From Octopus bimaculoides (lineage: Eukaryota): DNA of 64,000 nt. This document shows, one piece after another, positions 1 through 11,400 of the stretch. Numbering within the stretch: position 1 is the stretch's first letter; every line of letters starts with the position of its first letter. The DNA lies in the NCBI RefSeq assembly GCF_001194135.2, contig NC_068988.1, positions 69,618,331 to 69,682,330 of the forward strand, written 5' to 3'. The position numbers were made by a program, and so were the translations under genes. The notes beneath the pieces were generated by a model. That model worked only from the letters and a program-made list of their open reading frames with translations, was not told the origin of the DNA and made no database searches.

Positions 1-98
1 AGTGGTTGAGCTACTGTTTCAGTACCTAATCCAGGTCATAATGCTATATATTTGTGAGTGTGTGTGTGCATGTGTGTATGTATGTACATGTATATATA

Positions 99-133
<35 letters not shown>

Positions 134-710
134 NNNNNNNNNNNNNNNNNNNNNNNNNNNNNNNNNNNNNNNNNNNNNNNNNNNNNNNNNNNNNNNNNNN
201 NNNNNNNNNNNNNNNNNNNNNNNNNNNNNNNNNNNNNNNNNNNNNNNNNNNNNNNNNNNNNNNNNNNNNNNNNNNNNNNNNNNNNNNNNNNNNNNNNNNN
301 NNNNNNNNNNNNNNNNNNNNNNNNNNNNNNNNNNNNNNNNNNNNNNNNNNNNNNNNNNNNNNNNNNNNNNNNNNNNNNNNNNNNNNNNNNNNNNNNNNNN
401 NNNNNNNNNNNNNNNNNNNNNNNNNNNNNNNNNNNNNNNNNNNNNNNNNNNNNNNNNNNNNNNNNNNNNNNNNNNNNNNNNNNNNNNNNNNNNNNNNNNN
501 NNNNNNNNNNNNNNNNNNNNNNNNNNNNNNNNNNNNNNNNNNNNNNNNNNNNNNNNNNNNNNNNNNNNNNNNNNNNNNNNNNNNNNNNNNNNNNNNNNNN
601 NNNNNNNNNNNNNNNNNNNNNNNNNNNNNNNNNNNNNNNNNNNNNNNNNNNNNNNNNNNNNNNNNNNNNNNNNNNNNNNNNNNNNNNNTATATATATATA
701 CATATATAAA

Positions 711-874
711 CGACAAGTTTCTTTCAGTTTCCGTCTACCAAATCCACTCACAAGGCTTTGGTGGGCCCGAGGCTATAGTAGAACACACTTGCCCAAAATG
801 CCACGCTGTGGGAATGAACCCGGAACCATGTGGTTGGTAAGCAAGCTACTTACCACACAGCCACTCCTGCGCCT
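711..874 (-). mobile_element. tRNA-derived SINE family A (CORE-like), head and body
   Basis: Reverse strand reads aggcgcaggagtggctgtgtggtaag (A-box), ccgggttcattccc (B-box) and ggcattttgggcaagtg (CORE-like motif). Closely similar to the copies at 31175-31571 and 50618-50776. Confidence 0.85.
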
Positions 875-1750
875 ATATATAAAGAAAATTTGTTCATCAA
901 AAGATACAGAACGCATCTAAATATGAATGCATAACCGACTTTGATCTCAGTATATATTTTGATTCTTGATCACATTCTCATCACTGTACATATTTCTTCT
1001 CACTACTTTAGCTTTTGAGATTTTGTGAATATTTATCCCCTCTCTGAAAGATGAATAATTATCTCCCTTGTCCTCTATAATAATGATCACCAAGTACTTC
1101 CCTTTAGATTTTTCTACTTCTTGAATCATTCATTCCTAAACTTCTCCACACACATCATGGAATAAAATCTTCTTAAGAAAATACGAGATTACAAGAATTC
1201 CACTGTTATGATTAGCGAAAGCAAAACTGGTCAACAAACACAATATAAAATATATTAAAAAAAATTAATTAAAACTATCGTAAAGTGTGTGCATTTTCCA
1301 AACGATGAGGATGATGATAATGAGGGTCCTTGTTTTTGTATACATTCGCTGCTTTCTTCCAAGGAATCTAATGCTCTTNNNNNNNNNNNNNNNNNNNNNN
1401 NNNNNNNNNNNNNNNNNNNNNNNNNNNNNNNNNNNNNNNNNNNNNNNNNNNNNNNNNNNNNNNNNNNNNNNNNNNNNNNNNNNNNNNNNNNNNNNNNNNN
1501 NNNNNNNNNNNNNNNNNNNNNNNNNNNNNNNNNNNNNNNNNNNNNNNNNNNNNNNNNNNNNNNNNNNNNNNNNNNNNNNNNNNNNNNNNNNNNNNNNNNN
1601 NNNNNNNNNNNNNNNNNNNNNNNNNNNNNNNNNNNNNNNNNNNNNNNNNNNNNNNNNNNNNNNNNNNNNNNNNNNNNNNNNNNNNNNNNNNNNNNNNNNN
1701 NNNNNNNNNNNNNNNNNNNNNNNNNNNNNNNNNNACACACACACACACAT

Positions 1751-2612
1751 AGGGTGCAATGAGTAAATTTTTGCCATTTCATGTTTTTAATTTTGTGCAT
1801 GTACATTGTTTGCTTTTGATTTTGTTGACTACACAGTATAGTTGGGCACCATCTGTGAGAAAAACACCACCATGACACAATTCACTCTGCCAGAAGTTTG
1901 GAAACGACATGCTGTACTGCTTGGCATTCACACTGGAAGCTTTAATGTGAACATTTCAGAGTGTTTATGTATCAATCTGTGAACAGTGCAATCTGAGGAC
2001 ACGTACCAAGAGTGATAAAAATCAAACATCTAATCAGCATCATGCTGTTTGAGGTGATCATAAGTGATGGCGACATTATGCTTCCATTCATCTTCACACA
2101 CGGCCCTGACTCAACACAGAGGCCTACATCAAGTGTCTGGAGGAGGTAGTGCTGCTCTGAATCAAGAAGGTGGCTGCTGAAAGACCCTCTGTCTGGCCAC
2201 CATGCCGCACAAGCAGGAGAAGCCAGTCATGGCTGTCAGGTAATTTCTGCGACCACATTACCCTTAATGTCTGGCCACCTAACTCTCCAGACTGCAACCC
2301 TCTTGATTACTATATGTGGGGTACAGTTCAGCAAAAGACCAACAAAACTCCTTGTAACACCAAAGATGAACTGAAGGTGAGGACTATGGCAGCATTCACC
2401 AACTTATACAAGGAGACCATTCAGAAGAGTTGCGGGAGATTCTGAAGTCGTCTGAAGGCTGTGATTGTAGCCAAGGGCAATTTTATTGAATGAATTTAAT
2501 CTTTAGATTTTCAAAATATTTTTATGTAATTTTGGTAAATATATCTGTTAAAATGAGATGTCAGTGTTATTTTCATTTTTGTGTAATTTAGACAATATAC
2601 TCATTGCACCCT
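1751..2612 (+). mobile_element. Internally deleted Tc1/mariner-superfamily transposon (DD37D/maT-like)
   Basis: Perfect 15-bp TIRs: agggtgcaatgagta (1751-1765) and tactcattgcaccct (2598-2612). The 2170-2445 ORF contains WPPNSPDCNPLDYYMWG, the third-aspartate motif typical of maT/DD37D-like transposases. Stops and frameshifts are present. Confidence 0.85.
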
Positions 2613-2619
2613 CTCTGTC

Positions 2620-2659
<40 letters not shown>

Positions 2660-2759
2660 CATGCATATATGTGTATGCGTGCGTGTGTTTCTTTTTATGT
2701 TTAGTTATAATAAAAATAGTTTTACATTAATCTGGGGGATTACACTGTACTTTTGTGGA

Positions 2760-3150
2760 GTGCAAATTTATTCATAAACAAGAATTTGGTCGACAGTAAC
2801 TTTTAAGTTTAGGCCAGGTAAGCCATTATCAGACTACTGTGTATTAGAGTTAATCTTGGCTTTCTTCAGTCTTTGTTGTGTTAAAGTCTTCCTTGGGTGT
2901 GCAGGTTTGAGTGTGGTGGCAATTAGGTTTTAGAGTGGGCTATTATGAAGTGGTGTTTTTGAGAAATTTCATTGATTAAATTTGGGGCTATGTTAGTGTT
3001 AAGAATTTATTCAGGCATGTAAATCTTTGTAACCAAGTGTGAATGTTTAGGTGTATCTCTTTTGTTAGGTAGGTACAAGATGTATTAGTAGTTTAGTTAT
3101 TTTTGGTCATGTTGGATTTAATCTTTTGCTTTAACAATGGAAAGGTCAAA
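2760..3150 (-). mobile_element. Possible highly decayed Penelope-like element C-terminal region
   Basis: The minus strand is A/C-rich. Broken translations (IIAHSK..TTLK..LHTQGRL..LIMAY..CR.KFLFMNK) loosely resemble the Cys/His-containing C-terminus that follows PLE GIY-YIG domains. It abuts the hammerhead element. Weak. Confidence 0.25.
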
Positions 3151-3151
3151 G

Positions 3152-3558
3152 GTACAAAGTTCAGTTCTATATTAAAGAAATGAGGAATTATGTACATTAT
3201 TTACATTATTTACATTTGATGGATATTTGTCTTTATCTTGTTTGTTGTTAACACAACGTTTCAGCTGATATACCCTCCAGCCTTCATCAGGTGTCTTGGT
3301 GAAATTTTGAACCTGGGTGCTCATTCCTAAGGAATTTTTTGATGTTATTATTATTATTATTATTATTATTCAGGTCACTGCCTGGAATCGAACTCGGAAT
3401 CTTGGGGTTAGTAGCCCGCGCTCTTAAGCACTACGCCATATGCCCACGAGCATATGGCGTAGTGGTTAAGAGGAGGGTATATCAGCTGAAACGTTGTGCT
3501 AAAAACAAACAAGATGAGGACAAATATCCGTCAAATGTAAATAATGTACAAAGTTCAG
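3152..3558. mobile_element. Palindromic head-to-head element: tRNA-like head + (AAT)n + minimal hammerhead ribozyme + tail; right arm internally deleted
   Basis: Central hairpin ctacgccatatgc-ccacga-gcatatggcgtag (3431-3462). The left arm (3162-3445, minus strand) carries an A-box tggcgtagtg, a B-box gagttcgattcc and a hammerhead. 3472-3550 is the inverted copy of about 3190-3279. A 13-bp direct repeat gtacaaagttcag flanks the element at 3152-3164 and 3546-3558. Confidence 0.85.
3250..3295 (-). ncRNA. Minimal type I hammerhead ribozyme (Penelope-like-element type)
   Basis: Minus strand reads GACAC CUGAUGA A GGCUG-GAGGGUAUAU-CAGCU GAAAC GUU GUGUU. This gives stem I GACAC/GUGUU, a canonical CUGAUGA core, stem II, GAAA and a palindromic AACGUU stem III. 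Confidence 0.75.
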
Positions 3559-3641
3559 CATTTAGAAACTTAACAACTGGGCGTCTTAGCTTTTTTTGTA
3601 ATGGAATTTTTAGTGGGGTTCACATGTGTGTGTGTATACAT

Positions 3642-3673
<32 letters not shown>

Positions 3674-4237
3674 GTATGTATGTATGAATCTGTATCTACC
3701 GTGTGGTAGAAAGTTTATTCTTTTTTTGTCTTTGTATAGTGTCTGACCAGCTGTCCACAAAGCTGTGGCTCTCGTGGATATGAAACCTTTGGTAACTCTA
3801 TAACCGGAATTTAACATTTTGTTTTAATAATTACAGCTCTATTCCTTAGAGAGTGCTACTTTTCTGATATATATTTTATTGACTATATGTATATGTGTGT
3901 GTGTGTGTGTGTACATATAGATGTATAATAATGTGTGTGTGTATATATGTGGGTGTGTGTGTGAATGTACACACAGACACAGCTGAGAGACAGACAGACA
4001 GATAGATAGTTGAACTGAGTTAATTCCGGAGAAATCTTTTAGTCTTTTTAGGATTTAACCACATGAAGGAGAACAATGTTCCCGACCATTTTGTAGGTAT
4101 CTCAGTGGCTGGTTTGTGGGAGGAAGACAGGCAGATGTTGGTTTAGACTAATACCAGAGACCTGGTCTGAATGACAAGTGGTGAACCCCAGTAAAGGCAT
4201 CCAAAGTTCATGTGGTGATGTTAAATTAGGTGAAGGG

Positions 4238-4469
4238 TTAACTCTTTTGAATTCAGATTATTCTGTGAAATGCAATGTTTATTTATTTACATTATTTTGA
4301 GTTAATCATGCATTATCTCATAATTTCGAGATTTCAATGATGTGTCTGTATATTTTTACAATGAAATTTTTAGGTAAGTGTGAGAGGCCAGATGTGGCCA
4401 GTTTTAACCTAAAACAGGTAGAAAATTTGGGGCTTAATGTGGCCAATTTGAATGCTAAAAAAGGGTTAA
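4238..4469. mobile_element. TTAA-flanked MITE (piggyBac-type ends)
   Basis: Starts ttaactcttttgaattc and ends gaatgctaaaaaagggttaa. Degenerate TIRs, TTAA at both ends (4238-4241 and 4466-4469), no ORF. Confidence 0.5.
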
Positions 4470-5957
4470 ATCAACAACAATCAAGAAGAGCTATGGTTCA
4501 TACAGCTATGATAGGAATTCAACATAGTTTTTGTCTAAACTTTGTGTTGAGCTAAGGTTATGGTAAAGAGGATATATCTATCAAAAGTATTGCACAATGA
4601 TATTGAACCTGCAACAAGGGGATTGTAAAGCAAAATTCTTAACTGCTCAGACTATCAGTTTGTCATGAACATCTCAACTCAACCCCTATGTCAGTAACCT
4701 TCCTCTTACTATTGCCTGCGAAATTTTATTCATCAGTGAAATGTGGCTTTTTATCACAGAGGTTAGAAATGAAGATATTCTTTATGATATCTTCTTCATT
4801 GCATTGTATCTCTGAATTCAAATACCATTTGTGTTAATAAATAACTGCCAGTCATTTGCTCCTTTACTGATTGTCCAATGTAACAGAGATACTTGCTACA
4901 AGTGAAGAAAATTTTTATATATGTATTCCGTTCATGCTTTTAGGATCCATTCAAGAAAATTTTCTTTAGAGAGTGTCAGAAACAGTAAAGTATTGGATAA
5001 AACACCATGAGGTATTTCTTTGAAATATTTACTAATTCTAATCCTGCTTATGTCAACTTTATCTTTTGTTACTGTGGTGTTGATAGGCTAAAGTGCCTGT
5101 CAAGAACCAAGGGCAATATATCTGACCAAACCCTTCCACTGAAAATGACTGATCTCGTATCTAAATTAGAAACATTAAGATGGCAAGGTGGTAGAATTGT
5201 TACAGCCTTGCATAAAAATGCTTTGTGATATTTCATTCAGCTCTTTACATTCTGTGTTCAGATTCCACCAAGAACGACTTTACTTTTGACCTTTTTGCAA
5301 GAGATAAAATAAAGTACCACTCAATTGCTGGAATGTGCCAAATTTTGAAACAATTATTATTATAGTTGTTATTATTAAGGTTGGTAGAATGGCAATACCA
5401 TTACAGCATTTCTTCTGAATCAACATTCTGAGCTGAAATCCTGTCATGGTCAACTTTGCCTTTTATTTTTTCAGGGTTGATTAAATATAGTCCCAGTCAA
5501 GAACTAAGTCCAAGGCATTGACTAATCTCTCTAGTCAAAATTGCTGATCTTGAGCTAAAATCAGGAACCATTGATTTCATTGTGAATAGCTTCAGTAAAT
5601 CAGCTTTTGTAGCTAATGTACTGGAAAGAGAGAAGAACAAATTCTCTGATTTGTCCTCTGCTGATATCATTCTCATAACTAATTTATTTATAATAAATAG
5701 TCATGTTTAAAAATATGTTAGGAGATAGACTGGAGTACGTAGAAGCTGTGTAAGATGCCAAGTCTTCTGAAATTCTCTTACATAATCTACTGGCAACTGA
5801 CTAACTAATAAGCCAGGTGGCAATGATGGCAGCGGTGAGAGCAACAGAGACAATGGCATTTGCAGCACTGGCAGCTACAGTTACAGTAGTGGTGGTGGTA
5901 GTCAATCCTATGAAGTTTCCTTTCAGCTTGTCAATTTATTGCAAATGTTCACTCACT

Positions 5958-6115
5958 GAGTGGTTGGCATTAGGAAGGGCATCCAGCTGTAGAAACTCTG
6001 CCAAATTAGATTGGAGCCTGGTGTTGCCATCTGGTTTCACCAGTCCTCAGTCAAATCGTCCAACCCATGCTAGCATGGAAAGCGGACGTTAAACGATGAT
6101 GATGATGATGATGAT
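5958..6115 (+). mobile_element. SINE family C 3' part with (GAT)n tail
   Basis: ggttggcattaggaagggcatccagctgta...aacccatgctagcatggaaagcggacgttaaac(gat)n. Related copies at 27535-27737 (+), 32748-32850 (-) and 43795-43915 (+). Confidence 0.75.
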
Positions 6116-6251
6116 TTGGTAGTTTGAAGCAAATTTCTACTGCATCACCTGTTGCTGGGGTCTGTGTAGCATTGTGCATTCTTTTCTGTTATTGAGTGTG
6201 CAAACTCCAGTATTGTATTGTGTATTCTTTTTTCTCTTGAGGTGTGGTGCA

Positions 6252-6295
<44 letters not shown>

Positions 6296-6321
6296 CATCA
6301 TTACTATCATTATTATTACAC

Positions 6322-6530
6322 AAGTGAGCTGGTAGAATTGTGAGCACAACAGGCAAACTACCCAGCAGTATTTCATCCATCTGCATGTTCTGAGTTCAAA
6401 TTCCACCAAGGTCAAGTTTACCTTCCATCTTTTCAGGGTCAATAAGATAAGCACCAGTTGAGCACTGGGGTTGATGCAATCAACTAGCCCCCTCCCCAAA
6501 ATTTCAGGCCTTTTTATTATATAAAGGCCT
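6322..6530 (+). mobile_element. tRNA-derived SINE family B (Deu/Nin-domain-like)
   Basis: Head gagctggtagaat, B-box gagttcaaattcc, and central ttccatcttttcagggtcaataagataagcacc resembling the Deu/Nin SINE domain. It follows an (ATT)n run. About 20 copies lie in the window; degenerate ones are also at 5215-5500. Confidence 0.8.
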
Positions 6531-6549
6531 TATTATTATAAAGACAACA

Positions 6550-8280
6550 AGCCAGCAGAGTTATTTGAGCTTCAGATAAAATATATAGTGGCATTTCTGG
6601 TTCTTTACATTTTGAGTTAAAAGCATTAAGCAACAGATAAGAAATGAGCAATCAATGTCTGCATGTGGATGATAGGCTCTATGCATGGTTGGGAGCTTTC
6701 TTGTCTTCCTGAACAACTCCTTTAGTTCATACTCTGTCCACTTCAGTATTCCAAAGCCATACCAAACCAATGTAACTGCATGTGAGTTTATTACTGAAGT
6801 TATGTTTTTGGTATTCAACTTTGCATCCAATATCTTTCTCATTTGCTGCAGATACTCTTTCTATGTCTTTTCTTTCATATCATTATGCTTAATTCCATCT
6901 GCCTCAAGGAATCCCAAGCATTTATATCTGGATTCGAGTTCAATTGCTTTCATCATTATGCCACTTGGCATACATAAACTTTCTGTTCTGACAAACTTAC
7001 CTCATTTCATCACCATTATGATACATTTTGAATGTCCACAATCCATCTTTTATATCATCTGAGAAAATCCATACAGACTGGACTAGACTTTCTATTTCTG
7101 TCTCACTTTTTGTGAACGACTTCAAATCATCCATAAATAATGGGTGATTAAGCATTCTTTTACCACTTCCCAGATCATACCTCAACATTTTCTTCTGCAG
7201 ATTTTCACTTTAGGGAATCATTCCCAGCACAAAGATCAGTGGGGATACACTGTTCTCCCTGGAAGATTTCTCTTCTAATTTTCATTTCTCCTAACGCCCG
7301 AATCCCTTCTGTCAATTCAGTTCTCTAACATTTCGTACTGTTCCATATAAGGCATCTCATGTTTTCTGCTACTCCATATATATATCCATAGTTCTTGTTA
7401 TCCAAGAGCATGGTATCATATTGTATGCCTTACAATAATCAATCCATGCCATGCTCAGATTTGTGTGCCTTCTCTTGCAGTCTCTTATTGAGCAAGAGCT
7501 CAATAAGTATTTCTGCTCAATAAGTAGCAGCCCTCTTTTTTCTAAGTATCCATACAATTCACCAACCAAAACACCTAGTGGAAGACATGTTACTGGTTGG
7601 ATACAATGTCGCCTTTTCCAGTATCTTTGAAATATAACAATGCCTCTCCTTTTGTCATCCAGGTAGTGAGTCTTCCTGCAAGCACTTATCCAGTTGTTCT
7701 GCTATCCTCCCATGAAGCCCTCTCAACTTCTTCATCCAATGACCTTGGACACCATCTGGCCCTGAGCTCTTCCATGCTGCAGTTTTACATATCTGTCTTT
7801 TTATCTTCTCTGTATTTATTTTTATGTTGTCTTGAACTTGTGTATTTCTTAACCTGTCTTGGATTCCATTCAGCCACTCTGTATTATCATTACAGGTTGA
7901 TCCCAAATTCTTCCCCAGAATGCCCTTTCATTTGTGTGTAATTGCTCATCTAGTTCCTTAAACAGTTTTTCCGGTTGGCTTTAAACAATTTCTTTAAGCA
8001 ATCTCTTCTGCCTGAAATGTTTTGTTCTATTGTCATATATTTCCCATTTTACCATGATTGCTACTGCACTTTTATTTTATATGTTCTTTCCAGTCTTATT
8101 CTTAGGCTTTCATTTTGCAATTCCCTTCTTTTCAATCTGTCGACTTCTCCCAAATGTCTTTTTAATTTTGTTTCTCACAAATTAATCTACACCAATATGG
8201 TTTTTTACACATTGTTTGTTCTCTTTTGTATCCAACTCTTTCTGCGGTAACCCTAGCTGCAGCACTGATAATCTAGTTAA
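6550..8280 (-). mobile_element. R4/Dong-clade non-LTR retrotransposon, degenerate reverse-transcriptase fragment
   Basis: Successive broken ORFs give WKSSGPDGVQGHW (7655-7906), LSMAWIDYCKAYNMIPCSWI (7369-7569), LNHPLFMDDLK (6997-7188) and KILDAKLNTKNITSVINSHAV..YGFGILKWT (6561-6842). These are in the colinear order of an R4-type RT and thumb. Confidence 0.88.
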
Positions 8281-8405
8281 TTTCAGTCATATTTCCCATC
8301 TGAAATAGCCCAAGATTAGAATCTGTCTTTCCAGTTTCTGCTGCTGTTGTTACTGTTGCTGCTGCAGTTGATGCTGCTGCTGTTGTTGTTGTTGTTGTTG
8401 TTATT

Positions 8406-8620
8406 AAAGCAGTGAGCCTGCAGAATTATTAGCATGTCTGACAAGATGCTTTGTGGCACTTTGTCTGTCTCTAAGTTCTGAGTTCAAATTCCACAAGGCT
8501 GATTTCGCCATTTTTTTTTTTTTGAGGATCAATAAAATAAGTACCAGTTGAGCACTGGGGTCGCTTTAATCATCTTGTTCCCTTCACCAAAACTGCTGGC
8601 CTTATACCAAAATTTGAAAC
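8406..8620 (+). mobile_element. SINE family B copy
   Basis: aaagcagtgagcctgcagaatt...gagttcaaattcc...aataagtaccagttgagcactggggtc, following a (GTT)n run. Confidence 0.75.
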
Positions 8621-9258
8621 CATTATTATTATTATTATCATAATTATAATTATTCTTATTATTATAAAGATTCACCTCCATATAAAGGTTACTGTTCAAA
8701 AATATATGTGGTAGTGGGGATACACATACATATATATATTATATATTTATGTGTATGTGTGTTTAGAGAGAGAGAGAGCGGGGGAGAGGGGGGAGGGAGA
8801 GAGAGAGAGAGAGNNNNNNNNNNNNNNNNNNNNNNNNNNNNNNNNNNNNNNNNNNNNNNNNNNNNNNNNNNNNNNNNNNNNNNNNNNNNNNNNNNNNNNN
8901 NNNNNNNNNNNNNNNNNNNNNNNNNNNNNNNNNNNNNNNNNNNNNNNNNNNNNNNNNNNNNNNNNNNNNNNNNNNNNNNNNNNNNNNNNNNNNNNNNNNN
9001 NNNNNNNNNNNNNNNNNNNNNNNNNNNNNNNNNNNNNNNNNNNGTTCACCTCTTCCTTCTTAATGAATGGCAAAAAATATCTCTCACTCTTGTTTCATTT
9101 TCAACAATATTCTGTTATTTTTGATGATATTTGCTATTGCATTTTTAGTAATGTATAACTTTGATATTATTTTTTCATAAACATACTTAAAACTTCTTCA
9201 TGTTTTAGTTTCTAGCAGCAGAAACCTGAATTTTATGTTTAATCAGGCATATATACAT

Positions 9259-9305
<47 letters not shown>

Positions 9306-10204
9306 GCAGTTTATTTGATATATATATATTGCAGGTACTATTTCTGAATCTCTTTGAGTCTTTAGATGTGCTGGCCTCCTGATAATTAATCAATATTAAT
9401 TAATATATGATTAATTACCAGATTTTATAATAATATATATATATACATATATATATATATATCTGCATACACACATAATGTATGCATTGCATATATGTAT
9501 GCATATATATATGTGCAGGTGGCATCAACAGAAATAGTACTCCACCCCATGAGAGACAGAGTACTTCATTAAAATGAGAATTAAGGATGGTTGGTAGGCT
9601 TACTTTGATGAGGAAAGGTAAAAGTTTGTGAGACTGTGTGCTTTGCATGCTTAATTCTAAGTGACAGGTGTTCTCCAGTTCAATAATAGAAAATTATCTA
9701 AAGGCCTTCATTTGGTGAAAATCCCAGATCTAGAAATCAGTAGATCTATGGAGAGCTTAGACTTTATGATCTTATCTGGATAAGTTTCTCTACTCTCTTG
9801 TGTTGCTGTTTGTTTTTCTCTTTCTCTATTCTCTATTTCCCTTTCAGCATACTTATAAAATGTCTTGACATCTGTGTTAGGATATTGTGATAAAGTGTTC
9901 CCTTGAAGAGCTGTTGTGGATCTGCATTCATATGCACTATGAAAACCCACTGCAGAGGAGGCAAATAACCACAAAGATGGAACATTTGTAGGGAACAAAC
10001 AGTATAAACTGCATCTTGGGTTTATTATATTTTTTCCCTTTATCAATTGTTCTGTATATCAATCAATAATACTATTATGTGCAATTGTAACCACACCATA
10101 TTACTGGAAGGAGAATAGATGAGGATACTCAATGAGGAGTTCTAAATTCACTAGTAGCAGTTGTACATCAGCAGTACACGTAAATAATAATAATAATAAT
10201 AATA

Positions 10205-10669
10205 CAGCAATTATTCTGCTCAATACAATAGATTTGCGTAGTTGCTTGATCTTAACTAGTTGAGCATGTCCCTTAGTGGCTGTTGATGCGTGCATCTCTG
10301 ATCATGAGCAGAAGCAGTAAGAGAGCGTCAAAGCCATGTGTTGAGAGGAATTCTTTGGGGTTTGCATAATTCATCTCTGGAAACACAGGTGTTTTGTTCA
10401 ACATCCTTAAAGAAACCTTATTCAGGAACCTTTTGAATGAGATGGACTACTCAACCTGAAGAAAAATTTTACTGGGCCCCACCTGCAAAGTCATGCACTG
10501 TTTAACTTGATATAAGACCACCATGTTGTGCACATATGGTTGTGATGCATGTGCCTGGTGTATCCTTATCAGACAGGCAGACATGATGGGTATACTAGGT
10601 TTTGTATATGTGTATCCCAGTGTCACTTTGATAGCATGCACTGCTCTCTCACGCAATAATAATAGTAAT
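10205..10669 (+). mobile_element. Unclassified non-coding repeat family E ending in (AAT)n
   Basis: Shares long blocks (attctgctcaatac, gttgagcatgtcccttagtggctg, gttgagaggaattctttggggtttg, ctgggccccacctgc, gcatgcactgctctctcac-aataat) with 16158-16480, 53544-53937 and 54025-54490. A short piece is at 11785-11840. Confidence 0.8.
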
Positions 10670-10717
10670 CTCTGGATGTAAGGTTTTAGTACCAATAGAG
10701 TATAAGTCAAAACATGA

Positions 10718-11400
10718 CAAAGTTGGCCAATATCTACACTGGATAATATGTCGGCATGAGAAAATCAAAATTGCTGACAAATAGCACAAGCACCACCCTG
10801 AGGGAGAAAATATAATGATTCTTTGGGACTTTCCAGTACATATAGATGAGACCATCAAAGCTAATAAACCAGATATTGTTGTGAAAGACTAAAACAGTAA
10901 AATATGTTTATTGATTGACATTAACATACCTTGTAATCATAATATCTCAGCAAAAGAATTTGATAAGCTAAGAAAATATAAAGATTTGCTAATTCAAATC
11001 TTAAGACAATTACAATACCAGTGATGAAGGAGCACTTGAAATGATCAAAAAAGGGAACGAAAATTATTTGAGGATGATCCCTGGCTTACCATCCATGTAG
11101 GAAGTGCAAAAGATTGCCTTAGCTGGTACATCATAGATATTGAGAAGAGCATTGTCACTGTAAACTTTCTTTCCTTTTCCCCTTTTATTTTCTTTGTTTT
11201 CTTCTTTTCATTTTTTCTTTCTTTTCTTCTTCTGTCTGTTTTTCTTCCTCTTTTCTTCTATCACATGACTTTGTGAGTGAACAATCTGGTGTGTCTATTT
11301 TAACGGCCTACCAATATATACAGTGGATTCCTTTGCCCTAGGTGTTTGGAAGACACTTGGCAAGAAATAGAAACAAAATTGAAAGATGATGATGATGATA
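10718..11400 (+). mobile_element. R4/Dong-clade LINE 3' end (RLE endonuclease domain + 3' UTR)
   Basis: Translation ILWDFPVHIDETIKANKPDIVVKD*NSKICLLIDINIPCNHNISAKEFDKLRKYKDL is a PD-D/ExK RLE signature. It is followed by a pyrimidine-rich UTR and a (GAT)n tail. Confidence 0.85.

Noticed and set aside
2-920. Long ORFs in the track spanning N runs (also 1255-1878, 8708-9158, 43085-43661 and 49456-50713)
   Set aside because: They are artefacts of assembly gaps (134-688, 1379-1734, 8814-9043, 43384-43498, about 49746-50591) and flanking (TA)n/(CA)n microsatellites.
3372-3445. Functional tRNA gene (ACT anticodon loop)
   Set aside because: The acceptor and anticodon stems are imperfect, there is no oligo-T terminator, and it is embedded in a repeat. 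It is treated as a tRNA-derived head.
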